Positions 39,244 through 53,453 of a stretch of DNA of 64,000 nucleotides are shown here, piece by piece; position 1 is the stretch's first letter, and each line of letters starts with the position of its first letter. The stretch covers positions 105,896,001 to 105,960,000 of the forward strand of contig OX597814.1 in assembly GCA_951406725.2 (NCBI GenBank), read 5' to 3'. This DNA is from Octopus vulgaris (lineage: Eukaryota). Below the pieces are notes generated by a model, which saw only the letters and a list, made by a program, of their open reading frames with translations, did no database searches and was not told where the DNA came from. The position numbers and the translations under genes were made by a program.

Positions 39244-40177
39244 TCTGTTGGTTTTGTGGAGTAAAAACGACTAAAGCCACAATGTCCGCCCCGCTCTCAC
39301 CTGGACGTGACGCCAGTCCATTGTAGTGTTAACTTAGCAGCTGTTACTGATATGTATCTTGAACTAAGTGGATTGGAGCAACGAGAATCGAAATGCTTTG
39401 CTCAAGAACACGTTGTGATCGTGAAGCGAATGCCGTCACCACTAAGTCGCAGATGTTTTATAAGAAACCAACACAACTCACAGCATCGCAATGTAACAAT
39501 TTTAAGTGAATACATTTATATTTAACATGTCTGAGTAGATTAAATGGGGAAAGATCTTGGCTGCGGAGACTGTCTTGGGAGAGCAATTCTCATTACAGAC
39601 AACGTTAATGAGAAAGCACTTCCTACTGCACTACGAATGACGTCATCGGACCTTAGGAAATAAATAATACTGATTAGTAATTACTAAATAATGATAATTA
39701 GGATAATTGAACATGGCTGGTTTCCCCTAGGATTCATGCAAACGATTCGAGCAACTTGTTTATAAGAGAACAGAACCAAATACAGCAATACTCCATTGAT
39801 AGACTTTTATATGTTTTTCTGCGTTTAATTTGGACGACATTCTCTCTTTTAAGTATGGAATTTTTGTTAGCTGCTATCTTTAGCAAACAAATTGACTGCA
39901 TAGACAGTGGATCTATTAATTGTTGCTGTCTCGTCTCTTTTGTCAGAACGCAAACGGGTATAATTAAAGGCGTTCTAGTCGTGACCATGCATCTTTTTGT
40001 ACTTCAGATACTATATAGTCCAATGTCCCCCTTTTTAAAGACAGTAAGGTGTGTTCTGGGAAGAGATTTGGTTGTTGTTTCTAGCAGTTCGAAAGACCAC
40101 TTCTAAAGGATTTGTCGTTAGTTACCACGTAACGGTTCCCTCATTGATTTTTTAAAACTAAGATTTTATTCTTCTCT

Positions 40178-40845
40178 AGGCACAAGGCCCTAAATTTTAG
40201 GGGAGACGGCCAGTCGATAAGATCGACCCCAGTACGCAACTGGTAGTTAATTTATCGACCCCGAAAGGATGAAAGGCAAAGTCGACCTCGGTGGAATTTA
40301 AACTCAGAACGTAGCGGCAGACGAAATACCTATTTCTTTACTACCCACAAGGGACTAAACATAGAGAGGACAAACAAGGACAGACAAACGGATTAAGTCG
40401 ATTATATCGACCTCAGTGCGTAACTGGTACTTATTTAATCGACCCCGAAAGGATGACAGGCAAAGTCGACCTCGGTGGAATTTGAACTCAGAACGTAAAG
40501 ACAGACGAAATACCTATTTCTTTACTACCCACAAGAACGTAACGGCAGACGAAATACGGCTACGAATTTCGCCCAGCGTGCTAACGCTTTTGCCAGCTCG
40601 CCGCCTTAAAATACCTATTCCTTTACTACCCACAAGGGGCTAAACACAGAGAGGACAAACAAGGACAGACACACGGATTAAGTCGATTATATCGACCCCA
40701 ATGCGTAACTGGTACTTATTTAATCGACCCCAAAAGGATGAAAGGCAAAGTCGATCTCGGCGGAATTTGAACTCAGAACGTAACGGCAGACGAAATACCG
40801 TTAAGCATTTCACCCGGTGTGCTAACGTTTCTGCCAGCTCGTAGC
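40178..40845 (-). mobile_element. Tandem multimer of SINE family A
   Basis: Three repeats of the ATCGACCCCGAAAGGATGA..GGCAAAGTCGA core joined at GAAATACCTATTTC junctions. Confidence 0.85.
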
Positions 40846-41556
40846 CATACTGTCTTTTTGTATATCAAAGACTACATTGATCAATGTGTTCTCCCTTTTA
40901 TGAAGACTGTAGAATATGAAATGCGGGACAGTGGCATTGGTATATTAAATTCTTCCAGTTTTTCAAGACAATAGGATGAGTGTTGTGCTAAGCTTGCCAT
41001 CTTTGATTGCGTGTAGATCAGGGATTCTATACTTAAATGTGTGATTACGGAGAAATTTAACTGATTATTTCTGACCTTCGATCAAAATCTGCCATCTGGG
41101 TTTGCGAATATCAGGGATTCCATACCCTCATCATTCATTTCGTTCTAAATGCAGTAGTTTGAGACATGTGGGGTTTTGACTGCTATTTCTGCCACTTCGC
41201 TCTATTACGTAGAGTCTCCCTGAGTTGTACGGTTTCAGAGGTAGTATAGCTATGACCGAGCGACCTTTGATAAACGACTGTCAAACCGTGACTGTCCTGT
41301 CTATTGTGATGATACACAATATATTATCCAATGCAGACTTTTTTCAAAGACTTTACAGCAGCGTATGATTTGAAGGGGATAAGGCTGCTATTTCTAATAC
41401 GTCGACAATTCATTCAAAGGCTGCGCCATTTTAAGGGTTTCACAGAGCAGAATCTATGATGAAAGGCGTTCAGAATGTGACACTTTTTTCAAGATTGCAC
41501 TGTGTCGTTAGAGTGATATTTGCTGACCATTCTAGTAGTTCTAGCGAGCGATTAAT

Positions 41557-41589
<33 letters not shown>

Positions 41590-42277
41590 ACACACTCCCG
41601 CACGCACAAACACACAAACACACATACACACAAACACACGCATGCACACACAAACACACACACACATACAGGCACACACGCACGCATGCACGCACGCATG
41701 CACGCACGCACAAACACACACACACGTACGCACACACACATGCACACACAAACACACGCAACACACACTAGCACACGCACACACACACACACACAAGCAC
41801 ACGCACACACACTTTCATGAAAGTGAATTTTTATCTTATGACCCGAGTTTCATGCCCAAGCGAACAGCAGGTGAGAACGTCTGAAGATTATAATGAAGTG
41901 AAACTCAATTCGCAAGATAAACATTTAGTTTGAAGAAACCATGAAACCATTTATTCTAACCATGATTTCGACACTCACCTTTCGTTGATTCCACAGAACT
42001 GAAGGCTTGTGCATGCGCACAAATACATTTTCACACGCTCACATATTTACATATGCGTGCGCGTGCTTGTATGTGTATGTATGTATCTGTGCGTGTATAC
42101 AAGCATATATAGTATACATAAATAGAGAGAGAGAGAGAAGGGAAGAGAAAGAGATAGAAAGAAAGAGAAAGAAGAGAAAAGAAAGATGGAGATATTGTTT
42201 TTCTCAAGTTACAGTTGCCAGTGAAGTTACATATTTCTTGAAACATAAAGACTAATTTTGGGTATGTGTGCATGCGC

Positions 42278-42328
<51 letters not shown>

Positions 42329-42692
42329 TATATATAAAGATATATACATATATATGCATATATATAATATATATATATATATGCATATACATATATATAT
42401 ATGCATATATATAATATATATATGCATATATATAATATATATATATATGTATATATATATACATAAATATATATATATTCATATATATAATATATAATAT
42501 ATATATGTATATATATATATCATAAATATATATACATATATATAGTATATATGTATGTATATATATATATATATATGTGTGTGTGTATATATATATACAC
42601 ACACACACACATATATATATATACATAGATATATACATTTACATATACACATGTATATACATATACATATGTATATATACACACATATATAC

Positions 42693-42741
<49 letters not shown>

Positions 42742-43439
42742 AGTACATGTATATATATATATTTATATATATATACAAATACATTTGTGTGTTTATGTGC
42801 GTGTAGTATGTACACACAAAAAATGCATTTAGCGCAAAGCTTGAAAGATATTTGAGACATTATTAATATTTGCTACAGGGTTGGTGTCTGTGTTTATGTG
42901 TTTGTGTGTGTATGTGTGTGTGTGTGTGTGTGTATGTGTGTGTGTATGTGTGTGTGTGTGTGTGTAAATGTTCTAACACGTCGTATCTGTAATTGGTGAT
43001 ATGTAAATATGACGGCCCTAAACGTTGCAACAACAAAACAAGCAAAAGCCGTTGTTTTTTTTTTTTGTTTTTTTTCCTTAACACCTCTTGCTGCTGTTTT
43101 GCCTCATGTTGCTACCAACACCTTTTCTCCGTTTCCTCTATCTGATTGAAAGCCTGTTGCAAAGCTTAGATTTCTTCCTTTATATACAAACACTATATAT
43201 ATACATACATACTTATATCTTTATATCTCGAACGAGACCACCCAAGATCTCAAGATTATAATCCGACATCAAGTCATGAGATCAACAATTTCAAACAAAA
43301 GGCTTTTCCTGTAACGTAATTAACACAATTATATCATAATTAATAGTTGTCGTCATTGATTCCTTCATCTGTCCCAAATGACTTTACAGAGAAGCTATTA
43401 AGAGACAGCTTGTCGGCGCACGATACTTATAATCTTGTA

Positions 43440-43815
43440 TTCTTTTACTTGCGTTAGTCATTACTCTGCGGCCATGCTGGAGCACCGCCTTGAAGAATTT
43501 TAGCAGAACGAATCGAACCCAGGACTTAAGCTTTTATATTAGGCTCGGTCCTTATTCTATCGTTCTCTTTTGCCGACACGCTAAGTTAAGGAGAAGTAAA
43601 TACAACAAGACTGGTTGTCAAGCGATGTTCGGGACAACCGCACACACACACACACACAGGTTTCTTTTAGTTTCTGTCAACCAAATCCACTCACAAGGCT
43701 TTGGTTGGACCAAGACTATGGAAGAAGACACTTGCTCAAGGTGCCACTCAGTGAGACTGAACCTGGAACCGTGTGGTTGGGAAGCAAGCTCCTTACAACA
43801 CAGCTACTCCTGTGT
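43440..43815 (-). mobile_element. SINE family B copy
   Basis: GCGGCCATGCTGGAGCACCGCC...AAATCCACTCACAAGGCTTTGG...CAAGGTGCCAC. Confidence 0.8.
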
Positions 43816-43934
43816 TTTCAACACTAATAGAAACGGTTGGGCGAATATGGTGTTGACATAATCGGTAGATCACAAGAGAAAGTATATTGTATTATAATCT
43901 AACGGTTCGTTTTTTTAAGGCAGGGGAGGGGGGG

Positions 43935-44960
43935 ATCTGGCAGAATCGTTAGCACGCCGAGCAAAATACTTAGAAGTATTTCGTCTGTTTTCACGTTCTG
44001 AGTTCAAATTCTGCCGGGGTTGACTTTGCCTTTCACCCATTTGGCGTCGATAAATTAAGTACCAGTAACGCACTGGGGTCGATATAATCGACTTAATCCG
44101 TTTGTCTGTCCTTGTTTGTCCTCTTTATGTTTAGCCCCTTGTGGAGAGTAAAGAAATAGGTATTTCGTCTGCCACTACGTTCTGAGTTCAAATTCCGCCG
44201 AGGTCGATTTTGTCTTTCATCCTTTCGGGGTCGATAAATTAACTACCAGTTGCGTACTGGGGTCGATCTTATCGACTGGCCGTCTCCCCTAAAATTTAGG
44301 GCCTTGAGGTATTTCGTCTGTCTTCACGTTCTGAGTTCAAATTCTGCCGGGGTTGACTTTGCCTTTAACCCTTTTGGCGTCGATAAATTAAGTACCAGTT
44401 ACGCACTGGGGTCGATATAATCGACTTAATCCGTTTGTCTGTCCCTGTTTGTCCCCTCTTTGTGTAGCTCCTTGTGGGCAGTAAAGAAATAGGTATTTCG
44501 TCTGTCTTTACGTTCTGAGTTCACATTCTGCCGGGATCGAATTTGCCTTTCATCCTTTTCGGGTCAATAAATTAAGTACCAGTATCGCACTGGAGTCAAT
44601 GTAATCGACTGGTTTCCTCCCACGAAATGTCAGTCCTTGTGCCTAAAGTAGAAAGGATTAATATTTAATGTTTTAAAGCGTTTAGCGGGCAGAAAGGTTA
44701 GCGCGCTAAACAAAATGCTTAACGTCGTTTCGTCCAACTTTACGTTCTGAGTTCAAATTCCACCGAGATCAACTTTGTCTTTCATCCACTCGGGGTCGAT
44801 AAAATTAGTACCAGTTGAACACTGGGGTCTATGTAATCGACTTTCTCCCTCCCTCCAAAATTTCAGGCCTTGTGTCACTCCGAGGGTGTTCGGTTCAAAC
44901 CCCGTCAATATCAACTTTGCCTTTACTTTCCTTCCGGCCTGATCTATAAAATAAGTACCA
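43935..44960 (+). mobile_element. Tandem multimer of SINE family A (one head plus 4 core units to ~44660) and adjacent degenerate copies
   Basis: Units restart at GTATTTCGTCTG near 43977, 44160, 44309 and 44493. Confidence 0.85.
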
Positions 44961-45456
44961 GTTGAAATACTTTATCGAATTATTGGAACTCCTTTGCTTT
45001 AATCCAAATTAGTAACACCTTGAGTATGTTATAAATGATTTTAGCTTACTAAAATTGTCAGGTTTCGGGCCATGATAACGGGGCAGGTTTCAGTTTTCGC
45101 GGTCAGCAATTTATTTCAGTCTCGCCGTTAATAACCTCAAGAAATACATAACGCTTCTGCTGTGTCTATTGAGAACGTAATTAGTTTTTATTCACAAGTT
45201 TTAAAATATATCGAAACATCAAAAAGCATCGTATTTTGTTTGGCAGAGATTATCAGCTGCAGATTCTATATGTGAATAAACAACTTGGAATTCTGATTAT
45301 CAAGTGTTACAGCTTTAAGAAGTTTAATTATAACTTATATTTGGCAATCAATTTTTACACTGACCCACATCCTCACACACACACACACACACATGGGTAT
45401 GTGTGTATATGTATGTGTGTATGCGTGTATATATATGTATGTATATATGCATATAC

Positions 45457-45499
<43 letters not shown>

Positions 45500-45666
45500 T
45501 ATGTGTGTGTGTGTGTGTGTTAGTGTATGAATGTAGATGTGTGTGTGTGTGCTTATTCTTAAAAAGAATAGACTAACCCTTCAGGTTAATACAAAATTGT
45601 TTTTATTATAGCTAAGGATAAACATACACAGACACGGACACACACACACACATAATTATATATATA

Positions 45667-45701
<35 letters not shown>

Positions 45702-45929
45702 ATATATATATATCTAATACTACTTACTAGTGCAAATTCATTATTTTTAGAAATGAGTGCTGTAAACATCAAAGCAAATTATAAGTAAAATATTAGGAAA
45801 TTGTGAAAATGAATCATTAATTGATGAAATTATGAAGTTTATTAAAACAAAACCAGGTCAACTTGAAATATAAAATGGCAGCCAGACTTGAATTAAGAAA
45901 CAAAAGTACTTTATTTCATTAAGTTGTCT

Positions 45930-46310
45930 TTTATCTTTTACTTGTTTCAGTCACTAGACTGCGGCCATTCTGGGGTACAGCCTTGAAGAATTTTTAGTTG
46001 AATGAATCGACCTATAATTTTAAAGCCTTGTACTTATTCTATCGAGCTCTTTTGCCGAAATGTTAAGTTACGGGAACTTAAACACACGAACGCTAGTTAT
46101 CAAGCAATGGGAGTAACAAACACAAACACAAAATCACACACACACACAACGAGATTCTTTCAGTTTCCGTCTACCAAATTCATTCACAAGCTTTTTGTCA
46201 GCCCAAGGTTATAGTAGAAGACATTTGCCAAAGTGCCGCGCAGTGGGACTGAACCCAGAACCATTCGGTTAGGAAGAAAATGTATTACTACGCAGCCAAG
46301 CCGGCGCCTA
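45930..46310 (-). mobile_element. SINE family B copy
   Basis: CTTTTACTTGTTTCAGTCA...CTTTCAGTTTCCGTCTACCAAAT...GCAGTGGGACTGAACCC. Confidence 0.8.
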
Positions 46311-47164
46311 CGGAATTAATGAGTATTTAGAATGATGTTTGACATTTTAAAACACAATGTTTATTTATTTTATCTTTGGGTCTAGAGAGAAATCAGTACA
46401 GCTGACCTTTTACAGGATTTGAGCTCAGAATGCGAAAAGCCGGAACAAATACTTCAATGCACCCAGTCCGACGTTCATACAACATCGTCTCCCGAAAGGA
46501 TGAAAACGATGTTGTCCTCGGTAGGATTTGAACTCGGTTCGCCGCGAGTTAGAACAGTGAATTCCACAAATCTTATCTGACACTCTAACGACTCTGCCAG
46601 TTCGATGCTAGCAATGATGATGATGATGACGATGATGATGTGGTGGTGGTGGTGGTGGTGAGGGGGTGCTGCTGCTGCTGCTGAAGATGATGACGATACA
46701 CATGGACGCACATACAACTTAAACGTATACATGAACACATATACAACTCCAATTGGTGTGTCGAATGTGATTAAGTGACGCGTAAGTAAAGATAAAGGAG
46801 AAACTCGGGGAAGAGGTCATATCTGGAGAGGTTAAAAGTACTTTTGTTGGGGAATCAAATGGAGAGCGAAAGTACTGTTGTCGGAATCAAATGGAGAGCG
46901 ATTACGCTCTTCCGTACTTTGCACCTTCCAACGTCTCCACCACCAACTATCATCTTATGAAACTTAAGACGATTTAATCTCCTGATCTTTTCCACACGTC
47001 TCCACCCATGCAAAGAGGAAAATATTTTCTTTGTGGCATTTTTTGACTAAAACTATGTTCGTCCTCACCTGAACGCGTTCCCGGAACCTTTAGATACTCC
47101 TACATGACAGCTTCTACGAAAAGAAATATTTTTACAATTTTTATGCAGTTCCTCCTAATATTTT

Positions 47165-47558
47165 ATTACGGTTTCAAATTTTGCCACAAGGGAAGCAATT
47201 GAGGGACAAGTCGATTACATCGAGTCCAGTGCGTAACTGGTACTTAATTTATCGACCCCGAAAGGATGAAAGGCAAAATCAACATCGGCGGAATTTGAAC
47301 TCTGAACGTAACGACGGGCGAAATACCTATTTTTTACTATCCACAAGGGGTTAAATACAGAGAGGGCAAACAAGGACAGACAAACGGATTAAGTCAATTA
47401 TATCGACCCCTGTGCGTAACTGGTACTTATGTAATCGACTCCGAAAGGATGAAAGGCAAAGTCGACCTCGGCAGAATTTGAACTCACAACGTAACGGCAG
47501 ACGAAATACCGCTAAGCATTTCTTCCAGTGTGCTATCTATTCTACCAGCTCGCTGCCT
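47165..47558 (-). mobile_element. Dimeric SINE family A
   Basis: Two core units joined at GAAATACCTATTT (~47320-47332). Confidence 0.82.
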
Positions 47559-48739
47559 TACACAATTATGATTGATTATAATGATATAATAGGATTTTTT
47601 AAAACATCGAATAGCTATGAGAGTCCAGAGGAATAAAATAGGCAGAAAATGGTTGAGGGCCACTGACTCACGTTAAGGACAGCATGGTGTCCTTAGCAGC
47701 ACCAAGGGACTTTTCAAACCGATGTTCTCAGACGTCTATGGAAAGAGCCGGCCTTTTTATCAAACGACTTCTCAGTATGTGAGGCTTCTTTCCCATATAA
47801 CCTTTCCCACCTCTTATATAATTAAAAGGGCCTCACTTCGCTACTACTTCTACCTACATCAATTAAATGTTTCCCTATCTCCTAAAATTTCCCCCATCTC
47901 ATCGTTGCAACTGTTTCATCCCAAACGCTTTTCGCTATAAATGACGTCCATCTGCTTTTCTTTCCGCAGCAATCAATGTTTCGCCACACTTCTCGCCTTT
48001 TTATCCGTTTACTCGATCAAGACCGTTTCTCAGAAGATCCTTAACGCTTCTTAATTCACCCCCAACGTTATTAATTCATTACAAGCTGTATAGATTAACC
48101 CGTTGAAAATATATACGTAACATACACACAAACACACACACTCACACACATTCTCCGTTGTAACTGGAACAAAGAAGACGTGTTCTTGTTTGTCTCCTGT
48201 CCTAGCTTGATTTACGCGTTCGCCACCACAACCTCGTTAAGGCTTAGCAGTCCTTCCTGTTTGTTTTCACTATCCTGTTTGTGTTACCTATTTTGACTCT
48301 CCGCAAAATCCCATATTTTATTAAATTAGCTTTGAGGGAGCAACTCTTTTATCGAAAGCGTATATTGTTGTTAAATGCTCGAAATACGAGACTAGAGAAA
48401 CAGCCAACAACTGATGAAGAGTCGTTCTTTATGTTGCTTGCTTTGTTTTCCATTTGTGTCTTTCGTTGTTCGAAAGAATAGTTCATGTTCCATGTACTTG
48501 TGCTCCGTACTTATTTGATGTACACGTTTCATGACGTCCTGTGCCCACATATGCATATATATATATATATATATATACACGTATAGATGTATGTATGTAC
48601 AAGCACGTACCTATATATGCATATATATATATATATATACATTATTTATATTATATATATATATATATATGTATACATAAGTTAAGAAAATAGAGAGATA
48701 ATAAATTAGTATTTATTAATTAAAAAATTGACAAACAAT

Positions 48740-48819
48740 CCTTACAGCTGTTTCAGTTCTAGACCTTTAGAAAATTAATAAAATTAAAAATTATTTGAAA
48801 ATCGAGTCTCTTCAGAAGT
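48740..48819 (-). ncRNA. Hammerhead-like motif with long AT-rich stem II insertion, in AT-rich element ~48680-49300
   Basis: Minus strand: CTT-CTGAAGA-GAC...(~45 nt)...GTC-TAGAACT-GAA-AC-AGCT-GT-A-AGG. Same family as 61105-61445. Confidence 0.6.
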
Positions 48820-49718
48820 ATCTTAAGATATACAAAATAGGTGTTCAATTGAAAGCAATACAGTAACTTATGTAAGTGTGTCAGTGTATATGTAGAAACA
48901 TATGTATGTACGTATGTATGTAGTTACATATATAGTTAAGTAGATAAATATATACGGCTACAAACCGTTAACTGATAAAATTTATGCATAAAGAACATAG
49001 TATAAAACATGGTATAGACCTTAGAAAGGGGAGGAAAGTAGTATTTATTGGAGTTGTAAAGTAAGAATAGATCAATATATTCTTCTAAGGTGTTAAGCAT
49101 AAGGAAATCTCAAGTAGATATATTGGTATAAATGACATACATTGTGATATTATGTCCATCCATATTGAAGCAATAGCAAATTAGTAAGTAGAGTTTAATG
49201 CAAGTGTATATAGTTATTATTAATATTCAATTAAGGTGGAAGACATTACTTATTGTAAATATCGAAAGGGCTAAAAAACGTATAAGATATATCAACTTAA
49301 TACTATATGTGTGTGTGTGTGTGTATACATGTATATATATATAACAATCAATATTAACTTAATACTATATATATATATAAACCAATCAATATGTACAAAG
49401 GAAATCCTATCTTTATCTTAGATCACACCCTAAAAATATATTGGGTTAGTGTATAAGTATTGTGGCTTCTTCTTTAACAGAAACAATAACAGCACGTAAC
49501 AAAAATATCTCTAAATGATTATTCCGGAGCACATTCATCATCTACTTCAGTTACTGCTTCTCATTTGCTTGGCAGACGGTCAGACCGTCATTTAAAGATG
49601 TTTTTGTTAAATATTGTTATTGTTTTTGTTGAATAAAATTTCTTGAAAAAAAAAACTGCCATGATTATGCAGCAACCTCAAAACAATTGTTTCAATAGCA
49701 CTAACATATACATACATA

Positions 49719-49790
<72 letters not shown>

Positions 49791-49795
<5 letters not shown>

Positions 49796-50063
49796 CCAAA
49801 CATGAAAACACAAAGAGAAAACACAAGGCGAGGAGGTGGAACAACTATACATTCAAAATGTCACCGCGTGTGTACCGTAGGCGATTTTTTTCCTCTGTCT
49901 TCCCTTCTCTGGATCTTTCCTTCTCCTATGTTTCCGACGAAGAGCTCCGCTCAAAACGTTAAACCCTCCTTGTTTCCTTCTTTCCTGACCGTCCAATAAT
50001 ACTATATTTGTTCCACGTCCTCGCGTTGTGTTTTTTTTTTGTGCTTTCTTGTTTGGATTAACT
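49791..50063 (+). mobile_element. Penelope-type pLTR fragment with short inverted arm, inside (TA)n; mutated hammerhead at 49931-49963
   Basis: 49791-49848 is an inverted copy of ~50001-50061. Motif TTT-CCGACGA-AGAGCTCCGCTC-AAAACGTT-AAA has U4C and G12A changes relative to the 39008 copy. Confidence 0.7.
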
Positions 50064-50084
50064 ATATATATATATATATACATA

Positions 50085-50141
<57 letters not shown>

Positions 50142-50302
50142 TATATACAAGTACATACATATATATATATATATATACAAGTACATATATATATATATGT
50201 ATATATTCATACACACACACATATATATATATATATATATTATACACACACATATATATACATACATACATGCATACATACATACATACATATATATATA
50301 TA

Positions 50303-50570
50303 CTAGCAGTATCGCCCGGCGTTGCTCGGGTTGTAAGGAAATAACTATATAAGCATTTTTAGAGAGTTATAGCCAGAAAGTAGCAAAAAAATGCATTAAA
50401 AATTGAAAAAAATTAAGGTAAATTTTTCTTTAAATCGTTGACACATCGTAGATATTTTTAGAGAGTTACTTCCCTTATATAAAAGCGAAAAAAATGCATT
50501 AAAATGGAAAAATATATAATTTTTTTAAATCGTAGACTCATCGTAGACGCGCTAATACCCAGAAGGGCTC
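50303..50570 (-). mobile_element. Helitron 3' end (non-autonomous fragment)
   Basis: Minus strand ends CCCGAGC-AAC-GCCGGG hairpin, short spacer, CTAG followed by T. Internal ~100-bp tandem duplication (ATTTTTAGAGAGTTA...AAAAAAATGCATTAAAA...TAAATCGT). Confidence 0.75.
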
Positions 50571-51099
50571 GTTTGTTATTCTGGGTAACACACATCGCTA
50601 TAGAAAATGGGTTATTACATATTATATATGTATTTGTTATAACTTTCATAAAATTTTGTTCAAACACACATACATACATACATACTGGTAATGCATACAT
50701 ACATACGGTTTGTTTACGTTTAGCGTAATGATTTCAAATAGGCTCATTCGAAAAGTAAATATAGTCTAGGCTTTATGGGGAAATGGCTTGGTCCAGTTTC
50801 TTCAGAAACTCACCGAAAGAAACAGTTTTTAATTTTCACTCCATTCAGGTACCAATTCGTTTTCTTTATCGCTGTCGGACATCACATAGCTGCAAATGCA
50901 AAGACAAAGGAGGAGAAGGGTGATAGCGTCATGAACAATTCGCTCCCTTTGTGTGTGTGTGCGTTTGCGTGTGGTGTAAACCAGATATATGTGATATATA
51001 TATATATATATATATATGCTATATATATATATATTTGTATATCCCAAAGGGAGGCAGATAAAATATGCCTTTTATATAAGAGATATATATATATATATA

Positions 51100-51206
<107 letters not shown>

Positions 51207-51378
51207 TGTATGTATATCTATATACAGAAGAGTGAGAATTTTAAATATGTATCCTCTGTTAATCAGAAATTACTTAAAATTACCAATATTTCTACTTCGC
51301 AGTTAATAATTTAGCTTACTTAAATATGACTGTACACACACACACACACACACAAACACACACGCACACATACACACT

Positions 51379-51410
<32 letters not shown>

Positions 51411-51791
51411 CACACACACACAAATATATATACACATGCACATACACGCACACACACTCACACACACACGCATATGTATCTATATATTTATCTACTTACC
51501 TAACTATATTTATGTAAATACATGTATATACGTACATACATATGTTTCTACATCTACACTGACACACTTACGTAAGTTACCGTATTGCTTTCAATTAATT
51601 TCTGATCGGTTAAACATCCATGTCTGTGAAGATTTATGGCCAAACCTACACAAAGAGAGATTTATAAACATTTAGTTATACACAAGCACGTCCTACGGTT
51701 TATTGGGAGATTTTCAACAGACGAACACTGTAACTAAATTCTATATAAGTTCATGTATCTTTCTGCCTGCGTGCTTATATATACATTTGCA

Positions 51792-51869
<78 letters not shown>

Positions 51870-51889
51870 TATATATATATATATATATC

Positions 51890-51945
<56 letters not shown>

Positions 51946-52395
51946 CGTGTATATACATATAAAAATGTATACAAATATACATACGTACATATATATAGAT
52001 AGATATAGATCTATACATATATATGTACATACATACACACGCATATATACAGATATATATATATGCACATACATATATGAGTGTATATGCGTCTTTGAGA
52101 GGGTGTGAATAGTTCTACTTTCACTTACTCCTGTCTACATTTGTATCTATACTTACAATCGTTTATATAGACATAAATGGTTGCACACACAAACACACAC
52201 ATACACACAGGCTTTCACACTTGCACACACATACATCGTAATCTAATACACGTGGAATGATATGCAAGCATAATGCATTAAGAAGTACAAATGTGCATGT
52301 GCGTATTACGTATGAATATATCTATGTATATATGTATGTATGTATGTATGTATATAGGTATGCATATATCCATATATAGAAAGATAGATGCATAT

Positions 52396-52439
<44 letters not shown>

Positions 52440-52619
52440 GTGTGCATGTCTGCGTGTGAATAAGTTTGTATGCATATTATATATACACACAAACCTCATA
52501 CATATGTATGCCTAGGCATTTAATGTATTCGAAGTATGAACCCGTGTATGCGCGTGGGTGCCTGTGATAAATCTACATTTGTGTGTATGCTGCGTGAATG
52601 TGTGTGTGTGTGCGCGCGC

Positions 52620-52674
<55 letters not shown>

Positions 52675-53275
52675 TGTGTAGGGGTCTGGATGAGACTGTT
52701 TAGCTGTATCCTCATGTCTTTGTCGGTGTTTATCTGCATGCGTTTCTAGATGAATATATGAGCTGAGGGAGAGACAGACAGAGTGAGAAAGAGCGACGTT
52801 TTGCTATTAAGGACGAGAGAGAGAGAGGAAGACAAGTGAACGAGAGAGCAATGTTTTTCTATCGAGAAAGAAAGAAGGAGTGGGGGAAAGAGCGGGAGAG
52901 TGAGAGAGCAAAAGGGTGAGAGAGCGAAAGGGTGAGAGAGAGGGAGTGATGTTTTGCTATCGAACGATCAACAAACATGGAGAGATATTAATCATTTTTC
53001 TATTAAATCCAGCGAATTCCTCTTACTGTGAAGTTGATTCAGTGCGTTTAACAGAGAATATAAATCGATTTTAGCTATTAAATAGCGGCAATGTAATTCA
53101 TTATACAGTGAATGGCGAATTACTAAAAGAGAGGAAACACTCGGCTACCCTAACAGCGACATTGACGATAAAAATCTCCACTGATTTACATATGGCCTCC
53201 ATCTGTAGAGCTTTGAAGAACCTGAGACTGCAGCTTGAAAAGTGCAACTAAGTTATTCCTTCAGGATCACGTCTG

Positions 53276-53346
<71 letters not shown>

Positions 53347-53453
53347 GTCTCTCTCTCTCTCTCTCTCTCTCTCGATCTATCTATCAACTGTCTCTCTCTC
53401 TGTCTATCTATCTATCTATCTACTTACATATCTCTTTTCAGTCATTTTTGATG

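Noticed and set aside
43935-44660. CRISPR-like array
   Set aside because: Eukaryotic context, ~150-185-bp SINE-derived units without unique spacers, and no cas genes.
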